Source: a bacterium
GTDB taxonomy: Bacteria; UBA8248
Assembly (NCBI GenBank): GCA_965219955.1
Contig: OZ244799.1
Coordinates: 1,760,001 to 1,824,000, forward strand
Direction: 5' to 3'
DNA length: 64,000 bases
Within the stretch, counting starts at the first letter, position 1, and the number at the start of each line of letters is the position of its first letter. A program made the translations under genes and the position numbers. Positions 28,500 through 38,181 of the stretch are shown in pieces. The notes below the pieces were generated by a model, which saw only the letters and a program-made list of their open reading frames with translations, did not search any database and was not told the DNA's origin.

Positions 28500-28940
28500 C
28501 CTCACCCTGAGTAGCCGCCGAAGGCGGCGTATCGAAGGGCGGCCCCAATTGAACAATGAGGGATTGCTCCGAGCCCGTCGAGAGAAGCGACCCTCTTCTT
28601 GGCTGGCAATCGCTCCCGCATTGGGGCTGTTGAAAAAGCCCGGAACTCTGGATTTGTCGTATGTAACCGACCGACGAGAGAGAAAAATCACTCCCCCTCA
28701 AGGGGTTGTTGAAAAACCCTGTTTTGGGGTCGGCGGCATGGAGGTTCACGCGGCGCAGGCGCGATGGTTTTGTAGGGACAGGCCTCCGCGCCTGTCCTCA
28801 CGAAGGACAACCACGAAAGGCAGGACAGGCACGGAGGCCTGTCCCTACGGGCGAATGCAGTTTTGATCGTCATTCCGGCAATCAATGCCGACCGAGGAGG
28901 GGTTTTTCAACAGCTACCCTTGAGGGGGATGTGTAGGTCG
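28500..28940. repeat. Nested REP/MITE cluster left of the IS110 element
   Basis: CTCACCCTGAGTAGCCGCCGAAGGCGGCG unit; MITE 28701-28915 near-identical to 11153-11388 and 47500-47706. Confidence 0.8.
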
Positions 28941-29015
28941 ATGGGGTGGACGCCTCCTTCCGGCGGATTAGAATGTGGCGAGACGACGTCACACACCGCC
29001 CGGAAGGAGACGACC

Positions 29016-30041
29016 ATGGGAGGAGTCTACATCATCGGGGTCGACTTGGCGAAACACAGTTTTCAACTCCACGGCGCGTGGGCGGACGGGCGGGTCGCGT
29101 TCCGCAAGAAGCTGACGCGGGCGAAGGTGCTGGAGTTTCTGTCGTCGCAGCCTCGATGCGTGGTGGCGATGGAGGCGTGCGCGAGCGCGCACTACTGGGG
29201 GCGCGAGGTCGGCAAGCTCGGCCATGAGGTTCGGCTCATGCCGCCGGTCTACGTGAAGCCCTACGTGAAGCGCCACAAGAACGACGCGGCGGATGCGGAG
29301 GCCATTTGCGAGGCGGCCACCCGGGCGACGATGCGCTTCGTGGCGGTGAAGAGCGAAGCGCAGCAGGGGTGTGGGATGGAGTACCGCACGCGGGATTTGC
29401 TGGTGGGTCAGCGCACGCAGGCGCGCAACGCGCTGCGCAGCCACCTGGCGGAGTTCGGGGTCGTCGAGCGGCAAGGGCCCGTGGGCCTCACACGGCTGGC
29501 GGCGGCGGTTCGGGGAGCGGAATCGGGCCTGCCCGAGGAGGTCCGCGAGTTGGGCGGGATTCTGCTCGCCCAGATTGGCGGCCTCGATGCGAAGGTCCGG
29601 GAGTTGACCGGACGGCTCCGGGCGAGCGCATACGCGGACGAGGAGGCGCGGCGTCTGATGAGCATCCCGGGTGTTGGTCCGATTACGGCGTCGGCGATCC
29701 GGGCGTTCGCGCCGCCGGTGGAGAACTTCCGTCGGGGCCGTGACTTCTCGGCCTGGCTGGGTCTGGTTCCCCGGCAGCACTCCACGGGGGGCAAGCCCCG
29801 TCTGGGGGGCATGTCGAAGATGGGCCAGCGCGACGTGAGGCGTCTGTTGATATCGGGCGCGATGTCGGAGATACGCTGGGCGGGGCGTCGCCGGAAGCCG
29901 CCGTGTCCGTGGCTGGCGCGGATGCTGGCGCGCAAGCCGAGGAAGGTGGTGGCGGTGGCGCTGGCGAACCGGATGGCGCGCATCGCGTGGGCGCTGATGC
30001 GGAACAAGGATGTCTACAGGGAGCCGGCGCCCCTCGCCTGA
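29016..30041 (+). CDS. IS110/IS1111 DEDD recombinase
   Basis: IGVDLAK, MEAC..AHYW, KND..DAEAI, SIPGVG, GLVP.Q.STGG and KVVAVALAN. Confidence 0.95.
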   Translation: MGGVYIIGVDLAKHSFQLHGAWADGRVAFRKKLTRAKVLEFLSSQPRCVVAMEACASAHYWGREVGKLGHEVRLMPPVYVKPYVKRHKNDAADAEAICEAATRATMRFVAVKSEAQQGCGMEYRTRDLLVGQRTQARNALRSHLAEFGVVERQGPVGLTRLAAAVRGAESGLPEEVRELGGILLAQIGGLDAKVRELTGRLRASAYADEEARRLMSIPGVGPITASAIRAFAPPVENFRRGRDFSAWLGLVPRQHSTGGKPRLGGMSKMGQRDVRRLLISGAMSEIRWAGRRRKPPCPWLARMLARKPRKVVAVALANRMARIAWALMRNKDVYREPAPLA

Positions 30042-30300
30042 GCGGCGGGCGCACGGATAGAGCCGGGAGGAATGTGAGCAGGCCGGAGGAAGGGTAAGGG
30101 CAAACGGTCATCGAGACGGGACCGGGAAAACCAGATATATGTCCAGAGCCACCGAGCTCACCAGGTCGATTTGGACCCGGTCCACCTATCTCCATACGGG
30201 CCCGCGGCCAGAGTAAAGCGCCGCAACGAAGAGGCCGGATATACGACTGAGCCGAACCGCTTTGCGCCGAACCCTCCCCAAAAACCGCTTGCATTCTCGT
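30042..30300 (+). ncRNA. Putative seekRNA/bridge RNA of the IS1111 element
   Basis: Stem GGACCGGG/CCCGGTCC enclosing ATATATGTCC and AGGTCG, which match the target flanks; ATATACGA matches the circle junction. Confidence 0.7.
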
Positions 30301-30635
30301 GGGCGTCCATATACGGACATATATGTCCGACGTATACGCGACCCTGCCTTTTCGCCTTCCAGCGACGGGCCGCATATATGCGGCCCCTACAATCAATTCC
30401 ACCCGGTGAGGAAGGGATTGCCGGAATGACGGTGAACAATCTCGATTGGGGGCAAGAACCCCTTAGGGGGACTTTTTCAACAGCCCCCGTCGCATCCCGT
30501 TCGCAGTGCAAGCCGATGCGTTGCCCGCCGCTTCGGCTTCATACATAATGCGCGCATTGCATACGCTTCCCATACGAACCGACCACCCAGGATGGAGATC
30601 GTTTCTTTATCTTCGTGTAAAAGGAGACCTCCGAG

Positions 30636-31355
30636 ATGGAATTGATCGATCTGAGCATGGAAATATACCGGGACATGCCGATTTACCCGGACCTGCCCGG
30701 CCCCTCCCTCACCGTCGATGAAGACTGGGACACCGTGGCAAGGCGGACGGGCTCCATCAACTATGGCGCCCCCATCGTGACGAACCACTGCGTCATCTTC
30801 ATGAGCGACCATACGGGCACGCACATCGACTCCCCCTGGCACAACAACCCCGATGGCTTCACGACCGAGCGCATCCCCCTCGAATGGTGCATGTCGGACG
30901 GCGTCGTCCTCGACTTCACCGACAAGGAGTCGGGTTACGCCATCACGGCGGCGGACCTGGAAGGCGCGCTCCAGAAGATCGACTATTCTCTTAAACCGCT
31001 CGACATCGTGCTCATCCGCACCGACGCGAGCGTGGACTGGCAGACGAACCCCGACTACACGATGAACCAGCCCGGCATGAGCGCGGAGGCGACCCACTAC
31101 CTCATCGACAACGGCATCCGCGTGATGGGGATCGACGCGAGCGGCTGGGACGTGCCGATCTGGAAGATGCACGAGACGCGCAGCTACTGGGAGGCCCACC
31201 GGGTCATGCTGGAGAAGGACTACTGCCACATCGAGAACATGATCAACCTGAACCTGATCCCCAAGTCCCACGGGTTCAAGCTCTCGGTGCTGCCCATCAA
31301 GTTCCGCGGCATGTCGGGCTCCCCCATTCGCGCGGTGGCGATCATCGACGACTAG
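30636..31355 (+). CDS. Cyclase-family metal-dependent hydrolase (kynurenine formamidase/isatin hydrolase-like)
   Basis: IDLS, HTGTHIDSP.H, GID, IEN..NL and P.K....GSP.RAVA. Confidence 0.88.
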   Translation: MELIDLSMEIYRDMPIYPDLPGPSLTVDEDWDTVARRTGSINYGAPIVTNHCVIFMSDHTGTHIDSPWHNNPDGFTTERIPLEWCMSDGVVLDFTDKESGYAITAADLEGALQKIDYSLKPLDIVLIRTDASVDWQTNPDYTMNQPGMSAEATHYLIDNGIRVMGIDASGWDVPIWKMHETRSYWEAHRVMLEKDYCHIENMINLNLIPKSHGFKLSVLPIKFRGMSGSPIRAVAIIDD

Positions 31356-31373
31356 CTCCGGGGGACGAGTGAA

Positions 31374-32930
31374 ATGGCGCTGGCCGTCCGCGTCTTAAGC
31401 GGCGCGTACCACGATTCGGTGAAGCTCATGCGCATCAGCGCCGCCGCCTCGGAGAAGATTCACATCAGGCAAGCGGCGGCCTTGATGGCCACGCCGATGA
31501 ACCTGGAGCAACTCGCAGCGAGCGGCCTGTTGGCGGAAGAAGCGAAAGGCGCCGGCCCGAACGACCTCGTCCTCGTCGTGGATGCGGATGACCAAAGCGC
31601 AGCGCAAGAAGAATTGGCCGCCATGGAAGCGGCGCTCACCGCCCCCCGCACGGGCGGCGGTGGAGCGGGCGCGCTCGCGAACCTCACGGCACCCACTTTG
31701 GACGCCGCCCTCGGCGCAGACCCCCTCATCAACCTCGCCCTTTTCTCGATTCCCGGCCCGAGCGTGCGCCGCGAGGCCGAACGCGCACTCGGTAAAGGCC
31801 TCCACTGCCTCATCTTCAGCGACAACGTATCGGTGGAAGACGAGGCGGCGCTCAAGCAGATGGGGCGCGAGCGGGGGCTGCTCGTCATGGGTCCCGACTG
31901 CGGCACGGCGCACATCGGCGGCGTGGGCTTAGGTTTTTGCAACGTCATGAGGGCCGGCGGAATCGGTATCGTCGGCGCCGCCGGAACCGGGATTCAGGAG
32001 GCCATGGCCGCCATCGACGCCGCGGGCGGCGGGATCTCCTGCGCCCTGGGCACCGGCGGGCGCGACGTCACCGACGCCGTCGGCGGCCTCGCCATGATCC
32101 AGGCGATCGAGACCTTGAGTGAGGATGCGGCGACGGAGGTCCTCTTCGTTCTCGGTAAACCGCCCGAACCCGCCGCTTTCGGGAAGATACTGGAAACAAC
32201 GGCCACTTGCGGAAAACCCGCCGTCGTTCATTTCGTCGGGGACTGGAACCAGGATATCCTCGAACATCTCGGTCTTCACGTGGCGGATTCGCTGGCCGAA
32301 GCGGGGAGGCTCGCCGTCTCGCTGAGCGGCGGGCGCGCCGATGCGGCGGCTCCCGGACTCGACTCCGAAGCGAGAGAGAGAATCGCCGGGTGGAGCCGCA
32401 CGCGCGCAAAAGGCCGCCGGTTCCTGCGCGGCGTCTACACGGGCGGGACGCTGTGCGCCGAGGCGCAGGCCATCGTCGGAGATACGGTTCCAGGTATTCA
32501 CTCCAACGCGCCCCTCAATAAAATAAGCGCACAAATGACCGACCCCCTGAAACCGGAAGGCCACGCGGTCGTGGACCTGGGTGACGACCTCTTCACCCGG
32601 GGGAAACCCCATCCCATGATCGACCCCGCGCCCAGAAGCGCGCGCATCGTCCAGGAGGCCCGTGATCCCGAAACGGCGGTCGTGCTCTTCGACGTGGTTT
32701 TGGGTCTCGGCGCGCATGAAGACCCGGCGGGAGAGGCGGCAAAAGCGATCGAGGAGGCGGAAGCATCATACCCCGGCGTCCTGTTCATCGGCTCGGTGAC
32801 GGGCACCGAGGGCGACCCGCAGGGATTAAACGCCCAGCGCGCGAAACTTGAAGAGGCAGGCGTCCTCGTGGCGGATACGCACGCAGGGGCGTGTCTCGCC
32901 GCTGCCGCCGCGCTGGAGGACATCGACTGA
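31374..32930 (+). CDS. fdrA: FdrA-like acyl-CoA synthetase-fold protein (AllF-like)
   Basis: Y.DSV.LM, FSDNV, LVMGPDCGT, GTG.QE, GTGGRD, GGTL..EA, DLGDD..T.GKPHPMIDP and GT..DPQ. Confidence 0.88.
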   Translation: MALAVRVLSGAYHDSVKLMRISAAASEKIHIRQAAALMATPMNLEQLAASGLLAEEAKGAGPNDLVLVVDADDQSAAQEELAAMEAALTAPRTGGGGAGALANLTAPTLDAALGADPLINLALFSIPGPSVRREAERALGKGLHCLIFSDNVSVEDEAALKQMGRERGLLVMGPDCGTAHIGGVGLGFCNVMRAGGIGIVGAAGTGIQEAMAAIDAAGGGISCALGTGGRDVTDAVGGLAMIQAIETLSEDAATEVLFVLGKPPEPAAFGKILETTATCGKPAVVHFVGDWNQDILEHLGLHVADSLAEAGRLAVSLSGGRADAAAPGLDSEARERIAGWSRTRAKGRRFLRGVYTGGTLCAEAQAIVGDTVPGIHSNAPLNKISAQMTDPLKPEGHAVVDLGDDLFTRGKPHPMIDPAPRSARIVQEARDPETAVVLFDVVLGLGAHEDPAGEAAKAIEEAEASYPGVLFIGSVTGTEGDPQGLNAQRAKLEEAGVLVADTHAGACLAAAAALEDID

Positions 32931-34348
32931 TGAGCGCGAAAAATTTGCTTAATGGCGTCCGCGTCGCCAACGTCGGCGTGGAGTTGTTCGCGGAGAGCCT
33001 GGCCGCGCAGAACGCCCCCGTGGTGCAGGTGGACTGGCGACCCCCCGCCGGAGGAGACCCCGACATGATCGAACACCTCGACCGACTGGCCGCTTGCGAT
33101 GCGGCCAACGAAACCGCCATCGAGCGCCTTCAGGCCGCAAGACCCGTATGGGTGGACGTCGGCGTCGCCATAGAAGATATCCCCGGCATGGGCGGGCGCA
33201 CCCTCCTGCACGCAGGCCCTCCCATCACCTGGGATAGAATGTCCGGCCCCCTCAAGGGCGCGATGATCGGGGCGGCGCTTCTCGAAGGCTGGGCGCAGGA
33301 TGCGGAGGCGGCGGAAAAACTCTGCGCGAGCGGGGAAATCGCCTTCGAGCCATGCCACCACCACTCGGCGGTGGGGCCGATGGCGGGCGTGGTGTCGCCC
33401 TCGATGCCGGTGAACGTCATCGAAAACCGGGCGCCCGAAGAACTCGGCGGCGGCGGGAGGGCCTACTGCACGCTCAACGAAGGCCTCGGCAAAGTGCTGC
33501 GCTACGGCGCCTATTCAGAAGACGTGCTGGCGCGCCTGAAGTGGATGGCGGACGAACTGGCCCCCGCCCTGCGCGCGGCGCTTCGGGCCATGCCGGAAGG
33601 ACTCGACATCAAGAACGTCATCGCGCGCGCCCTCCAGATGGGCGACGAGGCGCACAACCGGAACGTCGCGGCCACCTCGACGGTCGCCCGCACCCTCATG
33701 CCTCATCTCGCGGAGGCGGTGAGCGATCCTAAGGTGATCTCCCGCGTGGCGGATTTTCTCGCCGGAAACGATCACTTCTTCCTGAACCTCGCGATGCCGG
33801 CCGCCAAGGCGAGCCTCGACGCCATGTCGGGGGTCGAGGGCAGCTCCCTGGTCTACGCCATGTCGCGCAACGGGACGGATTTCGGCATCAGGGTCGCCGG
33901 CCTGGGGAACGCCTGGTTCACGGCGCCCGCGAAACATCCGGTCGGCCTGTTCTTCCCCGGCTATTCGCAGGAAGACGCCAACCCCGACATCGGCGATTCG
34001 GCCATCATGGAAACGCTCGGCGTCGGTGGATTCGCCATGGCAGCGGCGCCCGCCATCGTCGAGTTCGTGGGCGGCTCGACGGCGGAGGCCTTTCAGGCGA
34101 CGAACGAGATGTACGGCATCACCTGGGCGCGGAGTCGCGACTACACCCTGCCCGTCCTCGATTTCGCGGGCGTGCCGACCGGAATCGACGTGCGCAAGGT
34201 GATCGAGACGGGCATCTACCCCGTCATCAACACCGGAATTGCCCACCGCGAGCCGGGCGTAGGACAGATAGGCGCAGGCGTCCTGCGCGCGCCCGAAGCG
34301 CCGTTCCAGAAAGCCTTCGAAGCCCTGGCCGAGAAGATGTCCGGGTAG
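32930..34348 (+). CDS. DUF1116/YlbE (AllG-like) protein with an N-terminal FdrA-tail segment
   Basis: LLHAGPP, PCHH..AVGPMAG, NEG.GKVLR.GA, MGDE.HNRN, RNG..FGI, D.GDSAI.ET and INTGIAH..PG.GQIGAG. Confidence 0.88.
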   Translation: MSAKNLLNGVRVANVGVELFAESLAAQNAPVVQVDWRPPAGGDPDMIEHLDRLAACDAANETAIERLQAARPVWVDVGVAIEDIPGMGGRTLLHAGPPITWDRMSGPLKGAMIGAALLEGWAQDAEAAEKLCASGEIAFEPCHHHSAVGPMAGVVSPSMPVNVIENRAPEELGGGGRAYCTLNEGLGKVLRYGAYSEDVLARLKWMADELAPALRAALRAMPEGLDIKNVIARALQMGDEAHNRNVAATSTVARTLMPHLAEAVSDPKVISRVADFLAGNDHFFLNLAMPAAKASLDAMSGVEGSSLVYAMSRNGTDFGIRVAGLGNAWFTAPAKHPVGLFFPGYSQEDANPDIGDSAIMETLGVGGFAMAAAPAIVEFVGGSTAEAFQATNEMYGITWARSRDYTLPVLDFAGVPTGIDVRKVIETGIYPVINTGIAHREPGVGQIGAGVLRAPEAPFQKAFEALAEKMSG

Positions 34349-34481
34349 CGGGAAAGTTTGCCGAAATCCCGCAGGGACAACCCCCTGTGGTCGTCCCCCC
34401 ATTGCCCGGCGAACCGGACAGGCACGGGGGCCTGTCTCTATGCAATACCCATCACTCCCACCCTCTCCCCCTTCACCAAGC

Positions 34482-34510
34482 TTGACAACGAACCACCCGG
34501 CTCATACGAT
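34482..34510 (+). promoter_or_regulatory. Sigma70-like promoter
   Basis: TTGACA-N17-TACGAT. Confidence 0.6.
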
Positions 34511-34791
34511 TTGTTCCATTCATCGTCCTTCATAAAGAACCGGATTCGAGAAAGCTTCCTGTCACAGAACCAGGAGGCGCTTGTGATGGATTCTTCCTTC
34601 TCTCTTACGAAGGCATCCTCGCAGCATTCCTCCGCGAAGTCTGCGGGCGGAAAACCGTCTTCCACGTCCAGTCCAGGGAAAAACCACAGCGCACCGACGG
34701 GTTCCCGTCCAGGCGCTTTCCTTTTCTACCAGGGCCGCAGCGCCCGAAGTCTTTGTCCGGCGGCGCGGACCCTTCACCGGGAGGAAACACC

Positions 34792-36009
34792 ATGAGCGCG
34801 CACGTGAAACGAGGGTTTTGCATTTTCATCGGGCTGGCGTTCGCTTTGGGAATCGTTCTCTCCGCCGCGCCCGCCAGGGCGGCGAAAAAACCGCTCACGA
34901 TCGGCGTGGCCATCGCCCTGACCGGCAAGGTCTCCAAATCCGGGAAGCTCACCCTGCGCGGGTACGAGATGTGGCAGCGCGACGTCAACGCGAAAGGCGG
35001 GCTCCTGGGCCGGAAGGTGCAGTTCAAGGTCTATGACGATGAGAGCAACCCCACCACCGGGGCGAAACTCGTCGAACGCCTCATCAACCGCGACAAGGTG
35101 GACATGATCTTCGGCCCGTTCAGCAGTCCGGTCACCTACGCGACGAGCACGGTCACCGAGAAATACCGCTATCCCATGATCGCGGGCGGCTCGAGCAGTT
35201 CCAAGCCGTTCTCTCGGGGCTACAAATACCTCTTCCAGGTGATGCGGGTGAACAACCACGCCCTGCTCGGCAACCTCTCCCTATTGAAGGAGAAGGGCGC
35301 CAAGTCCATCGCCATCATCCACTCGGCGAGCATCTACCCGGCCTCACTCGCCAAGGGAGTCGTAAAACTCAGCAAGGAGCTCGGCTTCAAGGTGCTCTCG
35401 GTGGACAAGTATCCCCCGAAAACGACGGACTTCACCTCCCTTCTCCTGAAGGCGAAGGGCCTGAACCCCGACGTGCTCTGCCTGTTCGGCTACTACCCCG
35501 ACGGGCTGGCCATCTCCAAACAGGTGAAGGAGCTGGACGTGAACCCCCGCCACTTGAACGTCATGCTCGGGGCCTCGTATGACGAGTACGGCTCCAAGAA
35601 GGGCGCGGGCCGGGACGCGAACTTCGTGAGCGGCTACACGGGCTGGGAGCCGTTCATGAACACGCCGGGGAACAAGGAGTTCGTGAAGAAGTATTTCGAT
35701 CAATACAAGGACGAGCGCTTGATGGACTCGCACGTCGCCTACGGCTACCTCGTCGGCGAGGTGATGGAGCGGGCGGTGAACCAGGTCGGCTCGTTCGACC
35801 GCGACAAGATACGCGACGCCATCGCCTCCATGAAGTTCAGCAGTCTGATGCCGGGACAGTTCCGGGTGGACCCGAAGTCCGGCATGCAGCTCGGCCACGA
35901 GTGGGCGGCCTTCCAGTGGCAAAACGGCAAGAAGGTCATCGTTTGGCCGAAGAACGTCGCCACGGGCGAGTTCATCTACCCCACACCCAAGTGGAGAGCA
36001 AGAAACTAG
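34792..36009 (+). CDS. Branched-chain amino acid (Liv/HAAT) ABC substrate-binding protein
   Basis: Signal peptide; IG....LTG, VNAKGGLLGR, YDDES.P, GPFSS and Q.QNG...IVWP. Confidence 0.9.
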   Translation: MSAHVKRGFCIFIGLAFALGIVLSAAPARAAKKPLTIGVAIALTGKVSKSGKLTLRGYEMWQRDVNAKGGLLGRKVQFKVYDDESNPTTGAKLVERLINRDKVDMIFGPFSSPVTYATSTVTEKYRYPMIAGGSSSSKPFSRGYKYLFQVMRVNNHALLGNLSLLKEKGAKSIAIIHSASIYPASLAKGVVKLSKELGFKVLSVDKYPPKTTDFTSLLLKAKGLNPDVLCLFGYYPDGLAISKQVKELDVNPRHLNVMLGASYDEYGSKKGAGRDANFVSGYTGWEPFMNTPGNKEFVKKYFDQYKDERLMDSHVAYGYLVGEVMERAVNQVGSFDRDKIRDAIASMKFSSLMPGQFRVDPKSGMQLGHEWAAFQWQNGKKVIVWPKNVATGEFIYPTPKWRARN

Positions 36010-36205
36010 CTGCTCGCTCATGCGGGAGAGGAAGCAGGGATAGGTCGCGACCTTCGGGACAACTCCGAAGAGTGACCACCACAACAGGCGAACATTGATG
36101 AGAGGTCGCGTAGGGGCGGTTCGCGAACCGCCCCTACGGATTGGGTGGACGCCCCGCTGTTTGTAGGAGTCACGCCGAACCCGAAGGAGTGCGTACGCCG
36201 TGAGC

Positions 36206-37078
36206 ATGGAAATGATGCCGATAATGCTCTCACAGGCCGTCATCAGCGGTTTGCTGATGGGAGCGGTTTACGCCCTGCTCGCGCTCGGCCTCACGATGGT
36301 CTTCGGCGTGATGCACGTCATCAACATCTCTCACGGCGAGATGCTCATGCTGGGCGCCTACGTGAGCTTCTGGCTCTTTCACCAGTTCGGCCTGAGCCCC
36401 CTGCTGGCCATCCTGGCCGCCGCCCCGCTCATGTTCGCCGTGGGAGCGCTCATCGAAAAGGGCATCGTCGACAAGATCGTCGAGGACATCGAGACGAATT
36501 CCCTCCTCGTCACTTTCGGGATATCCATCTGCATCGTGAACATCGGCATCTGGCTTTGGACCACCGACTTCAAGGCCATCCCCTACCTCACCGGCTCGTG
36601 GTTCTACGGCTCGCTGGTGTTCCCCAAGCCCCGCGTGGTGGCCGCCGCCCTCGCCATTGTGCTAACGGCACTCGTCTTCTTCTTCCTCAAATACTCCCGG
36701 CTCGGGAAGGCCATCCGCGCCACCGCGGGCAGCCACGACCTCGCGGCCACCTGCGGGATCTACGTGAAACGCATCTACCTCATCACCTTCGGCCTGGCGA
36801 GCGCGATGGGCGGGGCCGCGGGCGTTCTCGCGAGCATCATGTTCGCGATCTATCCCGAGATGGGCGAGTCGTTCCTGATGCGCTCGTTCACCGTCATCGT
36901 GCTGGGCGGTATGGGCCACGTCGTGGGCGCCGTGCTGGGGGGGATGATCCTGGGACTCGCAGAGGGCGTGGGCAGCCTCTTCCTGAGCGGAGAAGGCGGA
37001 GGGGCCATATCGTTCGCCATCCTGTTGCTCATTCTCGTCTTCCGGCCCACGGGCCTCATGGGCCGCCGGGCGGAATGA
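36206..37078 (+). CDS. LivH-like permease
   Basis: G..YAL.A.GLT..FGV..IN..HGE, GKAIRA and IVLGGMG. Confidence 0.9.
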   Translation: MEMMPIMLSQAVISGLLMGAVYALLALGLTMVFGVMHVINISHGEMLMLGAYVSFWLFHQFGLSPLLAILAAAPLMFAVGALIEKGIVDKIVEDIETNSLLVTFGISICIVNIGIWLWTTDFKAIPYLTGSWFYGSLVFPKPRVVAAALAIVLTALVFFFLKYSRLGKAIRATAGSHDLAATCGIYVKRIYLITFGLASAMGGAAGVLASIMFAIYPEMGESFLMRSFTVIVLGGMGHVVGAVLGGMILGLAEGVGSLFLSGEGGGAISFAILLLILVFRPTGLMGRRAE

Positions 37079-37085
37079 CGCGCAA

Positions 37086-38012
37086 GTGAAAAAATACGCT
37101 CTCTTCATCATCGCACTGGCCGCGCTGTGTCTGTATCCCGTGTTCATGGGGCCTTATTTCATCTCGATGGCGCTTTTGATCTTCATGTACATCAGCCTGG
37201 CCAGCAGCTGGAACATCATCTCGGGCTTCGCGGGCTACATCTCGCTGGGGCACGCGGTCTTCTTCGGGGTCGGCGCGTATCTGACGGCGCTGCAGATAAC
37301 CAACTGGGGGACCCACTGGCTGCCGGCCTCCCTTATCGCGGGCGTGGGCGCATCCCTGCTGGCGGTTCCCGTGGGAGCCCTATGCCTTAGGCTCCGGGGG
37401 CCATTTTTCGCCATCTTCATGCTCGGGCTGAACGAGCTCATGGCCATCATCGCCTCGGTGTTCGACGAGATCACGGGCGGCGCGGAGGGGCTCTCCCTTC
37501 CCATCATCCGGCAAATCATCCCGCTCTACTTCGCGATGGGGCTGACGGCGCTCTCGGTTTTCCTCGTGATGAAGTGGCTCGAATCGAGCCGCTTCGGCCT
37601 GAGGCTCCTCGCCATCCGGGAAGACGAGACGGCCGCCGACACGCTGGGGACGAACACGACCCTCTACAAGCTGATCGCCTTCATCATGAGCGCGTTCTTC
37701 CCGGGCGTCGTCGGTGGAATCTACGCCCGCTACATCACCTACATCGACCCCGAGACGGTGTTCAACATCCTGTTCAGCGTCCAAATGGTGCTCATGTGTA
37801 TCCTGGGCGGTCGGGGCACGGCGTGGGGGCCCGTGATCGGGGCGACGGCCCTCTATCTCATCCTGGAGTTCAGCTGGGCGCATTTCCCCCATTTCCACAA
37901 GCTGGCTTCGGGAATCTTTATCGTGCTGATCATCCTCTACGCCCCGCGCGGGATCATGGGCTTCATCTACGGGAGGGGCATCGCGCAGTTGCGGCCTTCG
38001 TTCCGGAATTGA
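37086..38012 (+). CDS. LivM-like permease
   Basis: WNII.G.AGY.SLGH..FFG.GAY, RLRG.FFAI, AIREDE.AA and LGG.GT..GP. Confidence 0.9.
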   Translation: MKKYALFIIALAALCLYPVFMGPYFISMALLIFMYISLASSWNIISGFAGYISLGHAVFFGVGAYLTALQITNWGTHWLPASLIAGVGASLLAVPVGALCLRLRGPFFAIFMLGLNELMAIIASVFDEITGGAEGLSLPIIRQIIPLYFAMGLTALSVFLVMKWLESSRFGLRLLAIREDETAADTLGTNTTLYKLIAFIMSAFFPGVVGGIYARYITYIDPETVFNILFSVQMVLMCILGGRGTAWGPVIGATALYLILEFSWAHFPHFHKLASGIFIVLIILYAPRGIMGFIYGRGIAQLRPSFRN

Positions 38013-38181
38013 GAGTGGACAGGCACGGGGGCCTGTCCCTACAACGATGATTGACGCGCCCCCGGCGCGATTTTGATGTATGATGAAGATATATTTAGGA
38101 AAATGAAGCGCCGGTTGCAAGCGCACCGGCCATTCGGTTCGTTCTTTGGTTCCGCATCGTCTTCAAGAAGGGGAGCGCACG

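Larger units (their letters stand above)
28941..30315 (+). mobile_element. IS110 family, IS1111 subgroup element
   Basis: Sub-terminal IRs TGGACGCC (28947-28954) and GGCGTCCA (30302-30309); CG core at 28939-28940 and 30314-30315; long non-coding region downstream of the transposase. Confidence 0.88.

Noticed and set aside
28863-29015. N-terminal extension of the IS110 transposase in the ORF track
   Set aside because: It runs beyond the IS end into repeats; the ATG at 29016 has an AAGGAG RBS.
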